A stretch of 37,220 nt of DNA, taken from the sequence record SRR20825006_415; one strand, 5' to 3'. The position numbers were made by a program, and so were the translations under genes. Of this stretch, positions 19,348-28,991 are shown piece by piece. The notes under the pieces are model-generated. The model was not told where the DNA came from. It searched no databases and was given only the letters and a program-made list of their open reading frames with translations. Positions within the stretch are counted from its first letter, which is position 1; each line of letters begins with the position of its first letter.

Positions 19348-19971
19348 TCAGCCCTTCATCAGGCCTGCGGCCTTCAGCAGCTTGCCGGCACGAAGGACGC
19401 GCTGGAGCTTGTGTTCTGATGACCGGTCGCCCTTGTTCGAATCCGGGTGGAACCGGCGAACATATTCTGCATAGCGCGCGCGAATCTCCGCTGGCTTTGC
19501 ATCGGTTTCGAGATCGAGTTCCTTCAAGGCGCGCTTCTGCAGCGTGTTCCGGTGGCCGGACGAGGCCGACTCGCCACTCGCAACATCATCAACATTGAAG
19601 AACTTGCTGCCTGCCCAGCGCCGCGGGTCCAACTTCTGAGGTCCCTTTTCGCCGCGCATTGGACCTGTGCCAAATTTCCAGGTGCGCTTGTGACCATACC
19701 GCTCAGACCGGGCGAACGAAGCGGCCTCGGCCTGCGACATGCCTTCAAAGAAATCAAAGCTGCGATTGTACTCTGCTGCATGCGCCTGGCAGAAATAATG
19801 ACGACCATTCCCCTGACGCTTGGGCGCAGGATGGGTCCCCTCAAGATCACATTGCTTGTGGTCGCAGACACGAGTCTTCTGCGCACGCGCACGGGAAGCC
19901 TCGTCTTTAGGAGGCTTGATGCGTATATCTTTGAACTTAACGCGATAGGAAAATGGGTCACCGTCAGACAT
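19348..19971 (-). CDS. J-domain (DnaJ-like) protein with N-terminal Cys/His cluster
   Basis: C-terminal J domain with HPD (RFHPDSNKG); CDHKQC...FCQAH..EYN..FDFF pattern of the alphaproteobacterial bolA-adjacent family. Confidence 0.9.
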   Translation of the reverse strand: MSDGDPFSYRVKFKDIRIKPPKDEASRARAQKTRVCDHKQCDLEGTHPAPKRQGNGRHYFCQAHAAEYNRSFDFFEGMSQAEAASFARSERYGHKRTWKFGTGPMRGEKGPQKLDPRRWAGSKFFNVDDVASGESASSGHRNTLQKRALKELDLETDAKPAEIRARYAEYVRRFHPDSNKGDRSSEHKLQRVLRAGKLLKAAGLMKG

Positions 19972-20002
19972 GACCCGGCATAATAGGGAGTGCAGGTTAA
20001 AG

Positions 20003-20275
20003 ATGCCACAGCCAAGTGACAGGTTATCGCGAATTCGTGAGCTTTTAACTGAAGCTTTTCACCCGGTAGAGCTGATTATTACCGATGACAGCCAAAAACA
20101 TGCAGGTCATGCAGGCGCCGCGCCTGGTGGAGAGACGCATTACACCGTGCGAATCACGTCCTCGGCATTCGAAGGTCTGTCCCGCGTCCAAGCCCAACGC
20201 GCGATCATGTTGACGCTGCAGTCCGAATTTGATTCCGGCTTGCACGCACTCGCCCTACACGCGAAAGCGGCATGA
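20003..20275 (+). CDS. bolA: BolA family protein
   Basis: DDSQKHAGHAG, GETHY, FEGLSRV, GLHAL; ATG at 20003. Confidence 0.93.
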   Translation: MPQPSDRLSRIRELLTEAFHPVELIITDDSQKHAGHAGAAPGGETHYTVRITSSAFEGLSRVQAQRAIMLTLQSEFDSGLHALALHAKAA

Positions 20276-20299
20276 ATCTTGAAAAATCCGACTCCACGC

Positions 20300-20324
20300 G
20301 GAACCGAAATATGACTCGATCATT
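20300..20324 (+). promoter_or_regulatory. Putative EcfG/SigT-type ECF promoter
   Basis: GGAAC-N16-CATT, one mismatch from GGAAC-N16-CGTT, just upstream of the AGGAG SD of 20351..20698. Confidence 0.5.
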
Positions 20325-20350
20325 AACTTCGCAGCCGTCGAGGAGAACGG

Positions 20351-20698
20351 GTGATGGTACAGAAACTCATGACTGCCGCCGCAATAGGCGCAATGATTGC
20401 AGGTTCAGCGATTGCGGAGACACCTTCCGACAAGGTGAATCTCGGCATGATGCACTGGATTCGCGACACGGTTTGCACTCAGGATAGAGAGATAGTCTTC
20501 GTTCCGGTGTCCCATGACGTCCCAACGCTCAGCGGCGAGTGGGCTGTTATCGCCATGGACAATCCCGATCCAGACTCCGCCCACATCGTGACGCTCACCG
20601 AGAAGAACTGGCTGAAGGCCAATGGCTGCGACGAAGATCCGTCGCCGCAGATGCATATGGCCAGCCGAGAGCCGAAATCAGGCCGTCTCGGCCTCTGA
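20351..20698 (+). CDS. Small secreted hypothetical protein
   Basis: SD GAGGAG; signal peptide KLMTAAAIGAMIAGSAIA/E; two Cys; 3' end overlaps the convergent hlyC-family gene by 21 bp. Confidence 0.7.
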   Translation: MMVQKLMTAAAIGAMIAGSAIAETPSDKVNLGMMHWIRDTVCTQDREIVFVPVSHDVPTLSGEWAVIAMDNPDPDSAHIVTLTEKNWLKANGCDEDPSPQMHMASREPKSGRLGL

Positions 20699-21940
20699 TA
20701 TGTTCAGGCCAGTGACCTGGTTTCGCTGACGCCTGAGTATGTTGAAGCGATACCCGTGAAAGACAAAGCTCTGTCCAGGCTCGGGAATGGTCTGCGCCTC
20801 GTGAATGACCAAGCCTGCAACGGTTACGGCTTCTTCATCCGGCAAGTTCCAGCCCGTTGCCCTGTTCAGGTCCCGAATAGGTACCCATCCATCCACGTTG
20901 ACTGATCCATTTGGCTGGGGACGCACACCCTGAACGGCCACATCATGCTCGTCATGGATATGACCGACGATCTCTTCCAGAATGTCTTCCAGCGTAATCA
21001 GCCCCTGAAGCTCGCCATACTCGTCAACAACCAACGCGAAGTGACTCCGTTTTTGAAGAAATGCGTCGAGTTGGTCCTGTACTGGTGTTGTCTCCGGCAC
21101 AAACCACGGTTTGCGCAAGATCGAGTCGAGATCGAGCGCGCTCAGGTCGCCGCCAAGCGGCAGCGCCGCCCGCAACAGGTCCTTTGCGTGCAAAATGCCG
21201 ACAATCTCCTCCTTCTCGCCCCGGTATAGCGGTAGGCGCGTATGCGGGCTGGCGAGCGCTTTGGTTACCAACTGCCGAGGCTCAGTATCCGCATTCAACA
21301 TGCGAATGTTTTTCCGATGGATCATCACGTCTTCGACGGTCAGCTCCTTCAAATCGAGCGCCCCGACCAGTCGCAGACGATCTTCAGCTCCGACACCTCC
21401 TTCGGAGGCGTGTAGGTCAATCGCACCGCGAATTTCCTGTTCCGCCGTGACGAGTTCAGCAGGCGCACCAAGGCCGAGGATCTTCAATGTGATGGTGACG
21501 ACAAATTGGATCAGTTTCACAATCCACGCCACAGCCCAAACCAGACCACTGATCGGCCGCGCTACGCTCATCGCCATAGTGTCGGGACGCGTGATCGCAT
21601 AAGTTTTCGGCAGGACTTCGGCAAACACCAGTACCAGAATCGTCATCACGCCCGTCGCCAGCACCAATGCGACACCGCCCGGTCCGAACAATGAGGTAAA
21701 CAGCGACGTGGCAAGCACCGAGGCGAGGATGTTTACCAGGTTGTTGCCCAACAAGATCGCACCGATCAGATTTTCGCGATTACTGATCAGGCGATTCACT
21801 GTCTCGGCCCGCTTGTCACCATCCTTTTCAAGCTGGTGCATGCGCGCACGCGACGCGGCCGTCAGCGCCGTCTCAGACCCCGAAAAGAAGCCTGACATGC
21901 CGAGCAGCACGAAAATTGAGATGATGTAACCGGCAATCAT
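20678..21940 (-). CDS. HlyC/CorC family CNNM-CBS membrane protein (Mg/Co transport-associated)
   Basis: FFSGSETAL, ILLGNNLVNI, VFAEVLPK, CBS pair, VVDEYG..GLITLEDILEEIVG. Confidence 0.95.
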   Translation of the reverse strand: MIAGYIISIFVLLGMSGFFSGSETALTAASRARMHQLEKDGDKRAETVNRLISNRENLIGAILLGNNLVNILASVLATSLFTSLFGPGGVALVLATGVMTILVLVFAEVLPKTYAITRPDTMAMSVARPISGLVWAVAWIVKLIQFVVTITLKILGLGAPAELVTAEQEIRGAIDLHASEGGVGAEDRLRLVGALDLKELTVEDVMIHRKNIRMLNADTEPRQLVTKALASPHTRLPLYRGEKEEIVGILHAKDLLRAALPLGGDLSALDLDSILRKPWFVPETTPVQDQLDAFLQKRSHFALVVDEYGELQGLITLEDILEEIVGHIHDEHDVAVQGVRPQPNGSVNVDGWVPIRDLNRATGWNLPDEEAVTVAGLVIHEAQTIPEPGQSFVFHGYRFNILRRQRNQVTGLNISEAETA

Positions 21941-21963
21941 GGGTGGGGTCTCATATGTGTGGA

Positions 21964-23106
21964 TCAGCTCTCCAGCAATTCGCTACGGAGAAATGCTTCG
22001 ACGGACGCAAGATCTGCATCCTTGTGGATGTAGGACTGGCCAATACCGCGTGCGAGGATCAAGGGTACTTTGCCGCCGCTGGCTTTCTTGTCCTGCTGCA
22101 TTAGCTCGACCAGTCGCGCAGCGATGTAAGGCCCACCCTGACGTCCCGGAATGCTTGATTGCAACCCCGTCGCATTGAGGTGGGCCGTCACACGGTCTGC
22201 ATCGGATTGCGGCGTGATACGCTGACTTGCGCCATAGCGAAATGCGAGCGCCATGCCGATGGCAACGGCCTCGCCGTGCAACAGATCCGGCGCATAGCCG
22301 TTTGCCGCCTCAAGTGCATGGCCAAACGTGTGGCCGAGGTTAAGCAGCGCCCGGACGCCGGTTTCGCGCTCGTCTTCCGCAACGATGGCCGCTTTGGCAC
22401 GACAGCTGGTGGCAACCGCTTGCGCTATTGCCGCCGGGTCCAGTGCCAGCACCGCTTCGCCATGCTCTTCAAGCCACGCAAAGAAACCCGGATCATTGAT
22501 CAATCCATACTTCACGACCTCGGCGTAACCAGCGCGCAGCTCTCGCGGCGGCAGCGTTTCAAGCAGGGACGTATCAGCTATCACCAATTGCGGCTGATAG
22601 AATGCACCAATCGAATTCTTCCCGCGCGGCGTGTTCACCGCGGTCTTGCCGCCGACCGAGGAATCGACCTGGGCCAACAGGGTCGTCGGCACCTGCACGA
22701 ATTTCATGCCGCGCTTCATAAGGCTGGCTGCAAGCCCCGTAATATCACCGATCACGCCACCACCGAGCGCAATGAGTACATCGCTGCGGTCAGCAGAGGC
22801 CTCAAGTAACCAGTCGAGGATCTCTTCGAGATTGGAAAACGACTTCGTTTTCTCGCCCGGCGTCAGGGATTTCCAATGCGTCGTCACACCGGTTGACCGA
22901 AGCGCCTCATCCAGTCGATGTCGGTGCATCCGCTCGACCGTCTCATCTGTCAGCACGAAGACCCGCGGCTGTTTGATCATGGCCGACACGCGCGCACCGA
23001 GCTGGTCCAGCGCGCCGTGGCCGACGAGAATGTCATAGCTGCGATCTTCGAGCTCGACCGTGACGGTCTCAAGCGGTGGTGCGGTCACGTTCACTTCGGT
23101 GTCCAT
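21964..23106 (-). CDS. aroB: 3-dehydroquinate synthase
   Basis: [47 protein letters not shown]; start ATG 23106 or GTG 23094, overlapping the aroK end. Confidence 0.97.
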   Translation of the reverse strand: MDTEVNVTAPPLETVTVELEDRSYDILVGHGALDQLGARVSAMIKQPRVFVLTDETVERMHRHRLDEALRSTGVTTHWKSLTPGEKTKSFSNLEEILDWLLEASADRSDVLIALGGGVIGDITGLAASLMKRGMKFVQVPTTLLAQVDSSVGGKTAVNTPRGKNSIGAFYQPQLVIADTSLLETLPPRELRAGYAEVVKYGLINDPGFFAWLEEHGEAVLALDPAAIAQAVATSCRAKAAIVAEDERETGVRALLNLGHTFGHALEAANGYAPDLLHGEAVAIGMALAFRYGASQRITPQSDADRVTAHLNATGLQSSIPGRQGGPYIAARLVELMQQDKKASGGKVPLILARGIGQSYIHKDADLASVEAFLRSELLES

Positions 23107-23663
23107 GTCTGGAGGGCCTTGTATATGGCATTGACGGTGGCCGCGTGCGGTCCGTCCTTTGACGGCACGACGAGATCGGCTTGGGAATAGATCGGCTCGC
23201 GCTCTGCCAACAGATTGGTCAGTACGTCCTTCGCATCCGGACGCCTCAGCAAGGGACGCGTATCGCGCTTCTGGACACGTCGCCAAAGAGTTTCGAGATC
23301 AGCATTCAGCCAGATGGTGACCGCGTTCTTCTGCATCAACAGGCGGGTCTCATCATTCAGGTAGGCACCCCCGCCCGTAGCCAACACGTGGGGAGGCAAC
23401 TCCAATAGCCGCTTCAACACCTGATGCTCCCCGCGCCGAAAATCCTCTTCTCCGTGCAGTTTGAAAATATCGGTTATTGATAGGCCCGCCGCCTTCTCGA
23501 TCTCCGAATCACTGTCATAAAACTCTCGGCCCAATCGTTCGGCCAAGCGGCGCCCGACGGTAGATTTTCCTGCCCCCATCAAACCGACAAGCGCGACGGT
23601 TCGCGACATGTAGGGCAATGTCGCGTCAACCGGTCTGGAAGTACTGTCACTGTCAGAAGGCAT
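23091..23663 (-). CDS. aroK: Shikimate kinase
   Basis: Walker [28 protein letters not shown]; start uncertain (23663 chosen). Confidence 0.95.
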   Translation of the reverse strand: MPSDSDSTSRPVDATLPYMSRTVALVGLMGAGKSTVGRRLAERLGREFYDSDSEIEKAAGLSITDIFKLHGEEDFRRGEHQVLKRLLELPPHVLATGGGAYLNDETRLLMQKNAVTIWLNADLETLWRRVQKRDTRPLLRRPDAKDVLTNLLAEREPIYSQADLVVPSKDGPHAATVNAIYKALQTWTPK

Positions 23664-23758
23664 TCTGGACTTTCGGGCTCCGTTCGGTACTTGTCCTATA
23701 GTTGCTGTCGCGCCTTCGCAATCCAGCGCCGGAATTCTGTATCTAGGGGTAAATAGCC

Positions 23759-23893
23759 ATGCGCAAGTTTCTGATCCTTTTAGGCCTGCTGGCAATACTT
23801 GTCCTCGGCGCGGCCTGGTGGCTGGGCGGACAGGCCGAAAAGGGTAAACCAGAGCCCGGTGAAGTCCGCATCGAGGTCGACAATGTCCTTTAA
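23759..23893 (+). CDS. 44-aa single-TM microprotein (not in the ORF track)
   Basis: AGGGG SD then MRKFLILLGLLAILVLGAAWWLGGQAEKGKPEPGEVRIEVDNVL*; overlaps the ATG of the next gene by 11 bp. Confidence 0.75.
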   Translation: MRKFLILLGLLAILVLGAAWWLGGQAEKGKPEPGEVRIEVDNVL

Positions 23894-25487
23894 GGGCGTT
23901 GTCTCGGTCGTGTGCCTCATCCTCGCCGGGAGCTTACCGGCAGGCGCGCAAATCGAGGATTCCGGTCTAGAGCTGGTGAATCCGTGGGGAATGAGCTTCC
24001 TCGAGGCGGGCGAGCCTTCCCTGCCAACCGATATGTGGCGCGCGTCCGACGCTGATGATTTGCTGCCATTGATGCGAGATGTCCGCACACACGACCTGAC
24101 TCCGGCTGAACGCACGTTGATGCAACGCATGGCCCTGTCGCCTGCCACACCACCAGCGGGAATGCAGGAACCCCTGCTAAGGGCCGAACGGGCACGTATC
24201 ATGTACGACCTCGGCGAAGCCCAAGCCGCAGCCACCCTCATGGCACGACTCGATACTCCTCCTCCTGGCCTCGACGCGGATGAAATCGTTGCAGATCTCA
24301 ATCTTGCGCTGGGCAATGAAGCAACAGCCTGCGATATGCTGAATGCGCCAGACCGTCTTTCAGGTTATTGGGCCAAATTGCGCGCGGTCTGCGCGGCACT
24401 GCAAGGCAATACTGCCGGCGCAGAACTCGCGATTGAAATGGCCTTGCAACAGGATGCCGTCGATTCCTGGCTTCTGGCCGCTGTGTTTGCGACATCCGGC
24501 GAACTGCCTGACGCGCCAGAGGCAGATTACTCTTCGGGACTGAACCTTGCCATCTCTGCCGAGGCGGGCCTCACGCCTCCGGAGGCACCCGTCCCCGCGA
24601 ATCGTCCCGACCTTGCAGCCGCAATGGCCCTGCATCCGAAATTGCCAATCACTCTGCGTGTTCAATCCGCAGGAATGGCCAGCCAAGCTGGCATGCTGGA
24701 GACGGATGATTATCAGGCACTCTTCCTCAAGCTGATATCCGAACCGGGCTTCGTGCCCTCTACGCCTTTGGAGAGCGCGCTCTATGCAGCGCGCGATCCG
24801 CTTGTCACTGATGAAGATCGCGCTTTTGCGCTCGCCGCAGCACTGGAAGGCGCTATGGACACACCAGCCCATTTCAGCGCGGTCGCGCGGCTATTATGGG
24901 AGGACGTCGAACGCCTACCGATCAACACTTTCACGGCAGCCAACGCTCCGATCTTCGCGCGGGCTGCGCTGGCCACCGACCATTACACTGCCGCCAAGGA
25001 CTGGTCATCCGCCAATACGATGGAAGGCGCGCGCGAAGATGGCAGCTTTGATGCCGCGCTCATGTCGGCTCTGGTGGCACTGGCGGGCAGCGAGACGACA
25101 CGCAGCGCCAGCGACTATATTGGAGAACGTCTAGCCACACTTGCCGAGTCTGACCTGCAAAAGCAGACCGCTGCTCGTCTTTTCGCATTATGGACCGCTC
25201 TCGGCATTGCGCCCCCGGCGGATGCGCGCCGCTTGATCGTGAATGCGCCCGAACGCAAATCCACCCCGGAAATAGATTTGCAATTGGTAGGCGTGCTTGC
25301 CTCCGCTGAGGCAGATGCTGCAGGAGAGGTTATTCTGTCCACGGTAGGCATGACAAAAGGCGATCCGACCGCACTCGATGACGCCAGCCTACTCTTGCTC
25401 CTGAAAGCACTGCAACGGATCGGCGCAGAGGATGCCGCCCGGGAGATGGCATTGGAATCTACTGGCTACTGGAAGGCGCTCAACTAG
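23883..25487 (+). CDS. Exported Ala-rich alpha-helical hypothetical protein (534 aa) upstream of xerD
   Basis: Signal peptide from ATG 23883; LP.DMW, AC.....YW.KLRAVC and LQRIGAE..AR.MALE segments. Confidence 0.8.
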   Translation: MSFKGVVSVVCLILAGSLPAGAQIEDSGLELVNPWGMSFLEAGEPSLPTDMWRASDADDLLPLMRDVRTHDLTPAERTLMQRMALSPATPPAGMQEPLLRAERARIMYDLGEAQAAATLMARLDTPPPGLDADEIVADLNLALGNEATACDMLNAPDRLSGYWAKLRAVCAALQGNTAGAELAIEMALQQDAVDSWLLAAVFATSGELPDAPEADYSSGLNLAISAEAGLTPPEAPVPANRPDLAAAMALHPKLPITLRVQSAGMASQAGMLETDDYQALFLKLISEPGFVPSTPLESALYAARDPLVTDEDRAFALAAALEGAMDTPAHFSAVARLLWEDVERLPINTFTAANAPIFARAALATDHYTAAKDWSSANTMEGAREDGSFDAALMSALVALAGSETTRSASDYIGERLATLAESDLQKQTAARLFALWTALGIAPPADARRLIVNAPERKSTPEIDLQLVGVLASAEADAAGEVILSTVGMTKGDPTALDDASLLLLLKALQRIGAEDAAREMALESTGYWKALN

Positions 25488-25554
25488 AAATTTCTCGAAT
25501 TTCGTTGATCTTGCCTCCAGAAGGCTGATGGTGGACGAAAAACGGGAGGAATCG

Positions 25555-27510
25555 ATGAGGGTATCCATACTGGCCGGGGCGTCTGCACTGGCACTTGCAG
25601 CCACGGCATGTGGGGCGCCAGACAAGACACAATCCCAAGCATCCGAACCAGAGCCCGCACCGGCTGCGATTGCCACGGCGAGTTCAACATCAATAGATCC
25701 CGCTGACAGGACTGCATTATTCGGCGACCTGCACGTCCATACCGGACAGTCCTTTGACGCCTTCATATCGTCCGTTCGGGCAACACCCGATGACGCATAT
25801 CGCTATGCAAAGGGCGAGAAAATAATCACCGACGGCGGCTACGAAATCCAGTTGGACAGCCCACTCGATTTTCTGGCCGTCACAGATCATGGCGAATATC
25901 TCGGCATCATGCCGGTCATGGCAACGCCCGGTACGAATCTGTCGCGCACGAATTTCGCAAAATCCGTATTTGGACCGGACGCGACGAACCCTGCCCAGTC
26001 GTTCCATAATGTGGGCATCACCATCGTGACGGGCGAAGAAATGGATGAGATCTACGATCGAGACGTCATCGACTCGGCCTGGATGAAGAACATTGAGACG
26101 GCCGAACGCCACAATGAGCCCGGCAAGTTCACCGCCTTCTCCGGCTACGAATTCACCGCCATGACAGAGGTCATGGACTCGGAAGTTCCCGCCGCAGCGA
26201 ACCTGCACCGGAACGTCATATTTCGTGGAGACGCGCCGGACCGGCTTTTTTCCACCCTCGACTCCCCAAATCCGGAAGACTTGTGGGCCTGGATGGATGC
26301 GCGGCGCGCTGAGGGTCTGGATGTCATCTCCATCCCGCACAATTCCAACGCATCCAATGGCGAAATGTTTGCGTCCGAAACCTATGAGGGCGGTCAGTTG
26401 ACTGCAGATTATGCGATCACCCGCATGCGCAACGAACCGGTAATTGAAATCTCGCAGGTCAAAGGCACCTCGGAAGTCCACCCAGCACTATCCCCGAATG
26501 ACGAATGGGCAAACTTCGAGATCTACGACACCTTGGTTGGCAGCGCCGCAAAGTCTACGCCGCACCTCGGAGATTTCGCCCGCAACGCGTTGGCGCGTGG
26601 ACTGGGTTTCGAAGAAACAGAGAGCTTCAATCCTTACAAGTTCGGCTTCATTGGCTCCAGCGATACACATATCGGCGCGGGGTCTTTCGATGAGAAGAAC
26701 TTTACTGGCAAGTTCCCCCAAGACGGATCCAATCCTGAGTTCCGACATTCCGTCCCACCAGCAGGTGCGGACAGTTGGGACGGTGTTGTATCGCTGAATA
26801 GCTTGCCGCCCGGCGCGGTAAAGCCCAGCATGCGACGCAAGCTGTCTGCCGGCAAGTACAGCGCATCCGGGCTGGCCGGCGTATGGGCCGATGAAAATAC
26901 GCGGGATGCCATCTTCGACGCCATTCGTCGCAAGGAGACGTTCGGCACGTCCGGGCCGCGCATAAAAGCACGCATGTTTGCCGGATACGGATTTGATCAG
27001 GAAATGTTGGCAGATCCGGACCTGGTGTCAGCAGCCTACCGCACTGGCGTGCCACAGGGCGGCGAACTGGTCGGAAATCAGCAAGCCCCGTCATTTCTCG
27101 CTTGGGCGATTCGGGATCCGGCTTCTTATCCGCTGCAGCGTTTGCAGGTCATCAAAGTGTGGACCGATGCCCAGGGCAAGGCGCATGAGGCCGTCTACGA
27201 TGCTGCATGTTCCGGAAATGTCGAACCAGATTCGGACACGCACCGGTGCCCCGACAATGGTGCCAATGTAGACATATCCGACTGCTCTACACGCCCCGGC
27301 AGTGGCGTTGGCGAGTTAAAAACACTGTGGACTGACCCAAACTACGATCCGACGCGCCGCGCAGCTTATTACGTCCGCGTTCTCGAGAATCCATCTTGTC
27401 GCTGGTCGACATGGGACGCGGTACGTAACGGATCACCACCCAATCCCGACATGCACGTTCTCGTTCAGGAGCGGGCTTGGACATCGCCGATCTGGGTCAA
27501 ACCGGAATGA
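25555..27510 (+). CDS. DUF3604-family lipoprotein (PHP-like metallohydrolase)
   Basis: SD GGGAGG; lipobox-like LAATAC; FGDLHVHT, LDFLAVTDH, NLHRNVIF, IPHNSN, GFIGSSDTH, QERAWTSPIW. Confidence 0.88.
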   Translation: MRVSILAGASALALAATACGAPDKTQSQASEPEPAPAAIATASSTSIDPADRTALFGDLHVHTGQSFDAFISSVRATPDDAYRYAKGEKIITDGGYEIQLDSPLDFLAVTDHGEYLGIMPVMATPGTNLSRTNFAKSVFGPDATNPAQSFHNVGITIVTGEEMDEIYDRDVIDSAWMKNIETAERHNEPGKFTAFSGYEFTAMTEVMDSEVPAAANLHRNVIFRGDAPDRLFSTLDSPNPEDLWAWMDARRAEGLDVISIPHNSNASNGEMFASETYEGGQLTADYAITRMRNEPVIEISQVKGTSEVHPALSPNDEWANFEIYDTLVGSAAKSTPHLGDFARNALARGLGFEETESFNPYKFGFIGSSDTHIGAGSFDEKNFTGKFPQDGSNPEFRHSVPPAGADSWDGVVSLNSLPPGAVKPSMRRKLSAGKYSASGLAGVWADENTRDAIFDAIRRKETFGTSGPRIKARMFAGYGFDQEMLADPDLVSAAYRTGVPQGGELVGNQQAPSFLAWAIRDPASYPLQRLQVIKVWTDAQGKAHEAVYDAACSGNVEPDSDTHRCPDNGANVDISDCSTRPGSGVGELKTLWTDPNYDPTRRAAYYVRVLENPSCRWSTWDAVRNGSPPNPDMHVLVQERAWTSPIWVKPE

Positions 27511-27550
27511 TGTTCACGCAATTTTAGGCGCGGCGCGCCAAGGTCGGGCA

Positions 27551-28468
27551 ATGTCTGACCGCGCGCGCATCGAAGCCTTCCTTGAAATGATGTCTGCAGA
27601 GCGCGGCTCATCCGCAAATACGCTGGACGCCTATGGACGGGACTTGCTGGACGCATCCGAATTTTGTGGTGGCGGGTTATGTGATGCTGAAGGAAGTGAA
27701 ATTTCAGGCTGGCTGAGAGATTTGTCCAAGCGAGGCATGGCTCCATCGTCGCAAGCCAGAAAGCTGTCCGCGGTCCGACGCTTCTTTCGCTTCCTGTTTG
27801 AGGAAGGAGACCGCAAGGATGATCCCACCGCGAAGATTGACGGCCCAAAGCCCGGCCGGGACGTGCCCGATGTCCTGTCTCGCGAAGAGATGGCTCGTCT
27901 GCTGGATTGCTGCGGCGACGATTTGAGGCTGAAATGTCTTGTGGAGCTGCTCTATGGGGCGGGCCTGCGGGCAACAGAACTTGTCTCTCTCAAACTCGGC
28001 CAATTGCCGAGGCGCAAGGAAGCCCGCTGGGTCACAACGGATGTGATTGTTCGCGGCAAAGGCGGCAAGGAAAGGTTGTGCCCTCTGGGGCGCCCCGCTT
28101 TGCGCGGGCTTACAGATTGGCTGAAAGTACGCGAAGATCACTTGCCGGAAGCCTCACTTACAAGGAGCCGAGCTGAACCCTTTGTGTTTCCGTCGCGAGG
28201 AAAATCAGGACATCTCACCCGGCGCCGCCTCGGACAGTTGCTCGAAGCCTTGGCACTGAAAGCCGGTATCCGCCCGGATAGAGTCCACCCGCACGCGTTG
28301 CGGCACGCTTATGCAACTCACCTGCTCATGGGTGGCGCCGATCTGAGAAGCGTCCAGACATTGCTGGGCCATGCCGATATCGCGACGACACAAATCTACA
28401 CGCACGTCCTGACGGACGAGCTCGCGGAGCTTCTCGAAACAGCGCACCCCTTGGCCAGAAAGATTTAG
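27551..28468 (+). CDS. xerD: Tyrosine recombinase XerD
   Basis: FLEMMSAERG.S.NTL.AY.RDL; catalytic R (GLRATEL), K (GKGGKER), HPHALRH, LLGH, TTQIYTH; core aroK-aroB neighbourhood. Confidence 0.93.
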   Translation: MSDRARIEAFLEMMSAERGSSANTLDAYGRDLLDASEFCGGGLCDAEGSEISGWLRDLSKRGMAPSSQARKLSAVRRFFRFLFEEGDRKDDPTAKIDGPKPGRDVPDVLSREEMARLLDCCGDDLRLKCLVELLYGAGLRATELVSLKLGQLPRRKEARWVTTDVIVRGKGGKERLCPLGRPALRGLTDWLKVREDHLPEASLTRSRAEPFVFPSRGKSGHLTRRRLGQLLEALALKAGIRPDRVHPHALRHAYATHLLMGGADLRSVQTLLGHADIATTQIYTHVLTDELAELLETAHPLARKI

Positions 28469-28481
28469 CACGAGAAAAAGT

Positions 28482-28498
28482 TTTCAGCATTGCTGAAA
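28482..28498. promoter_or_regulatory. Perfect 17-bp palindrome, candidate operator
   Basis: TTTCAGCA-T-TGCTGAAA between xerD and a small membrane gene. Confidence 0.45.
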
Positions 28499-28559
28499 CC
28501 GGGAGTCATGCCGATATATGACGACGCGAGTTCGCAATGCTTTTGTATGGACGTCTCAG

Positions 28560-28784
28560 ATGAAACGCTTTCTGAATGCTCTTATTCCAACCATCCTGAT
28601 CTCGGAAATCGCCGCGATCACCTTCATGACAGCGACTTGGGCTATCCTGTCCGAGCTTCATGCAGGACTGAACGTCATCATAGGCGGGGAGGTTGTCACC
28701 GCGATCGGAGTCGCAGCTCTTACCGTAGCGGTGTTCCGCCGGGCATCGCGGCCCGACGTAGAAACCGCCTCGGCAGAAGAGTGA
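28560..28784 (+). CDS. Small two-TM hypothetical membrane protein (74 aa)
   Basis: MKRFLNALIPTILISEIAAITF...; two hydrophobic segments; fills the gap up to the yqaE stop. Confidence 0.65.
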   Translation: MKRFLNALIPTILISEIAAITFMTATWAILSELHAGLNVIIGGEVVTAIGVAALTVAVFRRASRPDVETASAEE

Positions 28785-28958
28785 TCAGGCGGCCGTAGCG
28801 GATCCGCGCGACGCGACCCAAAAGGCATGAACAACGCCGGGCAGCCAGCCAATCAGTGTCAGTAGCACGTTGAGCAGGAATTGAAGCCCAATGCCTTCCT
28901 TGATCGCAACTGCGACAGGTGGGAGAAATATTGTGAGTAGGATCATGAGCAGGGACAT
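28785..28958 (-). CDS. YqaE/Pmp3 family proteolipid (57 aa)
   Basis: ILLTIFLPPVAV...LLNVLLTLIGWLPGVVHAFWV signature; SD AAGGA. Confidence 0.93.
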   Translation of the reverse strand: MSLLMILLTIFLPPVAVAIKEGIGLQFLLNVLLTLIGWLPGVVHAFWVASRGSATAA

Positions 28959-28991
28959 GCAGGGTTTCCTTTTTGGATAAGCTACCCCTGC

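Noticed and set aside
23107..23286. N-terminal extension of aroB (possible aroK-aroB fusion or frameshift)
   Set aside because: aroK and aroB are complete ORFs in different frames with an ordinary short overlap
27511..27550. LexA box or dif site next to xerD
   Set aside because: Only one GTTC half-site, with no GTTC-N7-GTTC; no dif-like TTATGTTAAA arm seen
27551..28468. Tyrosine recombinase as a prophage or island integrase
   Set aside because: It has XerD-type N-terminal and catalytic motifs and a core aroK/aroB context; no att repeats, tRNA or phage genes are nearby
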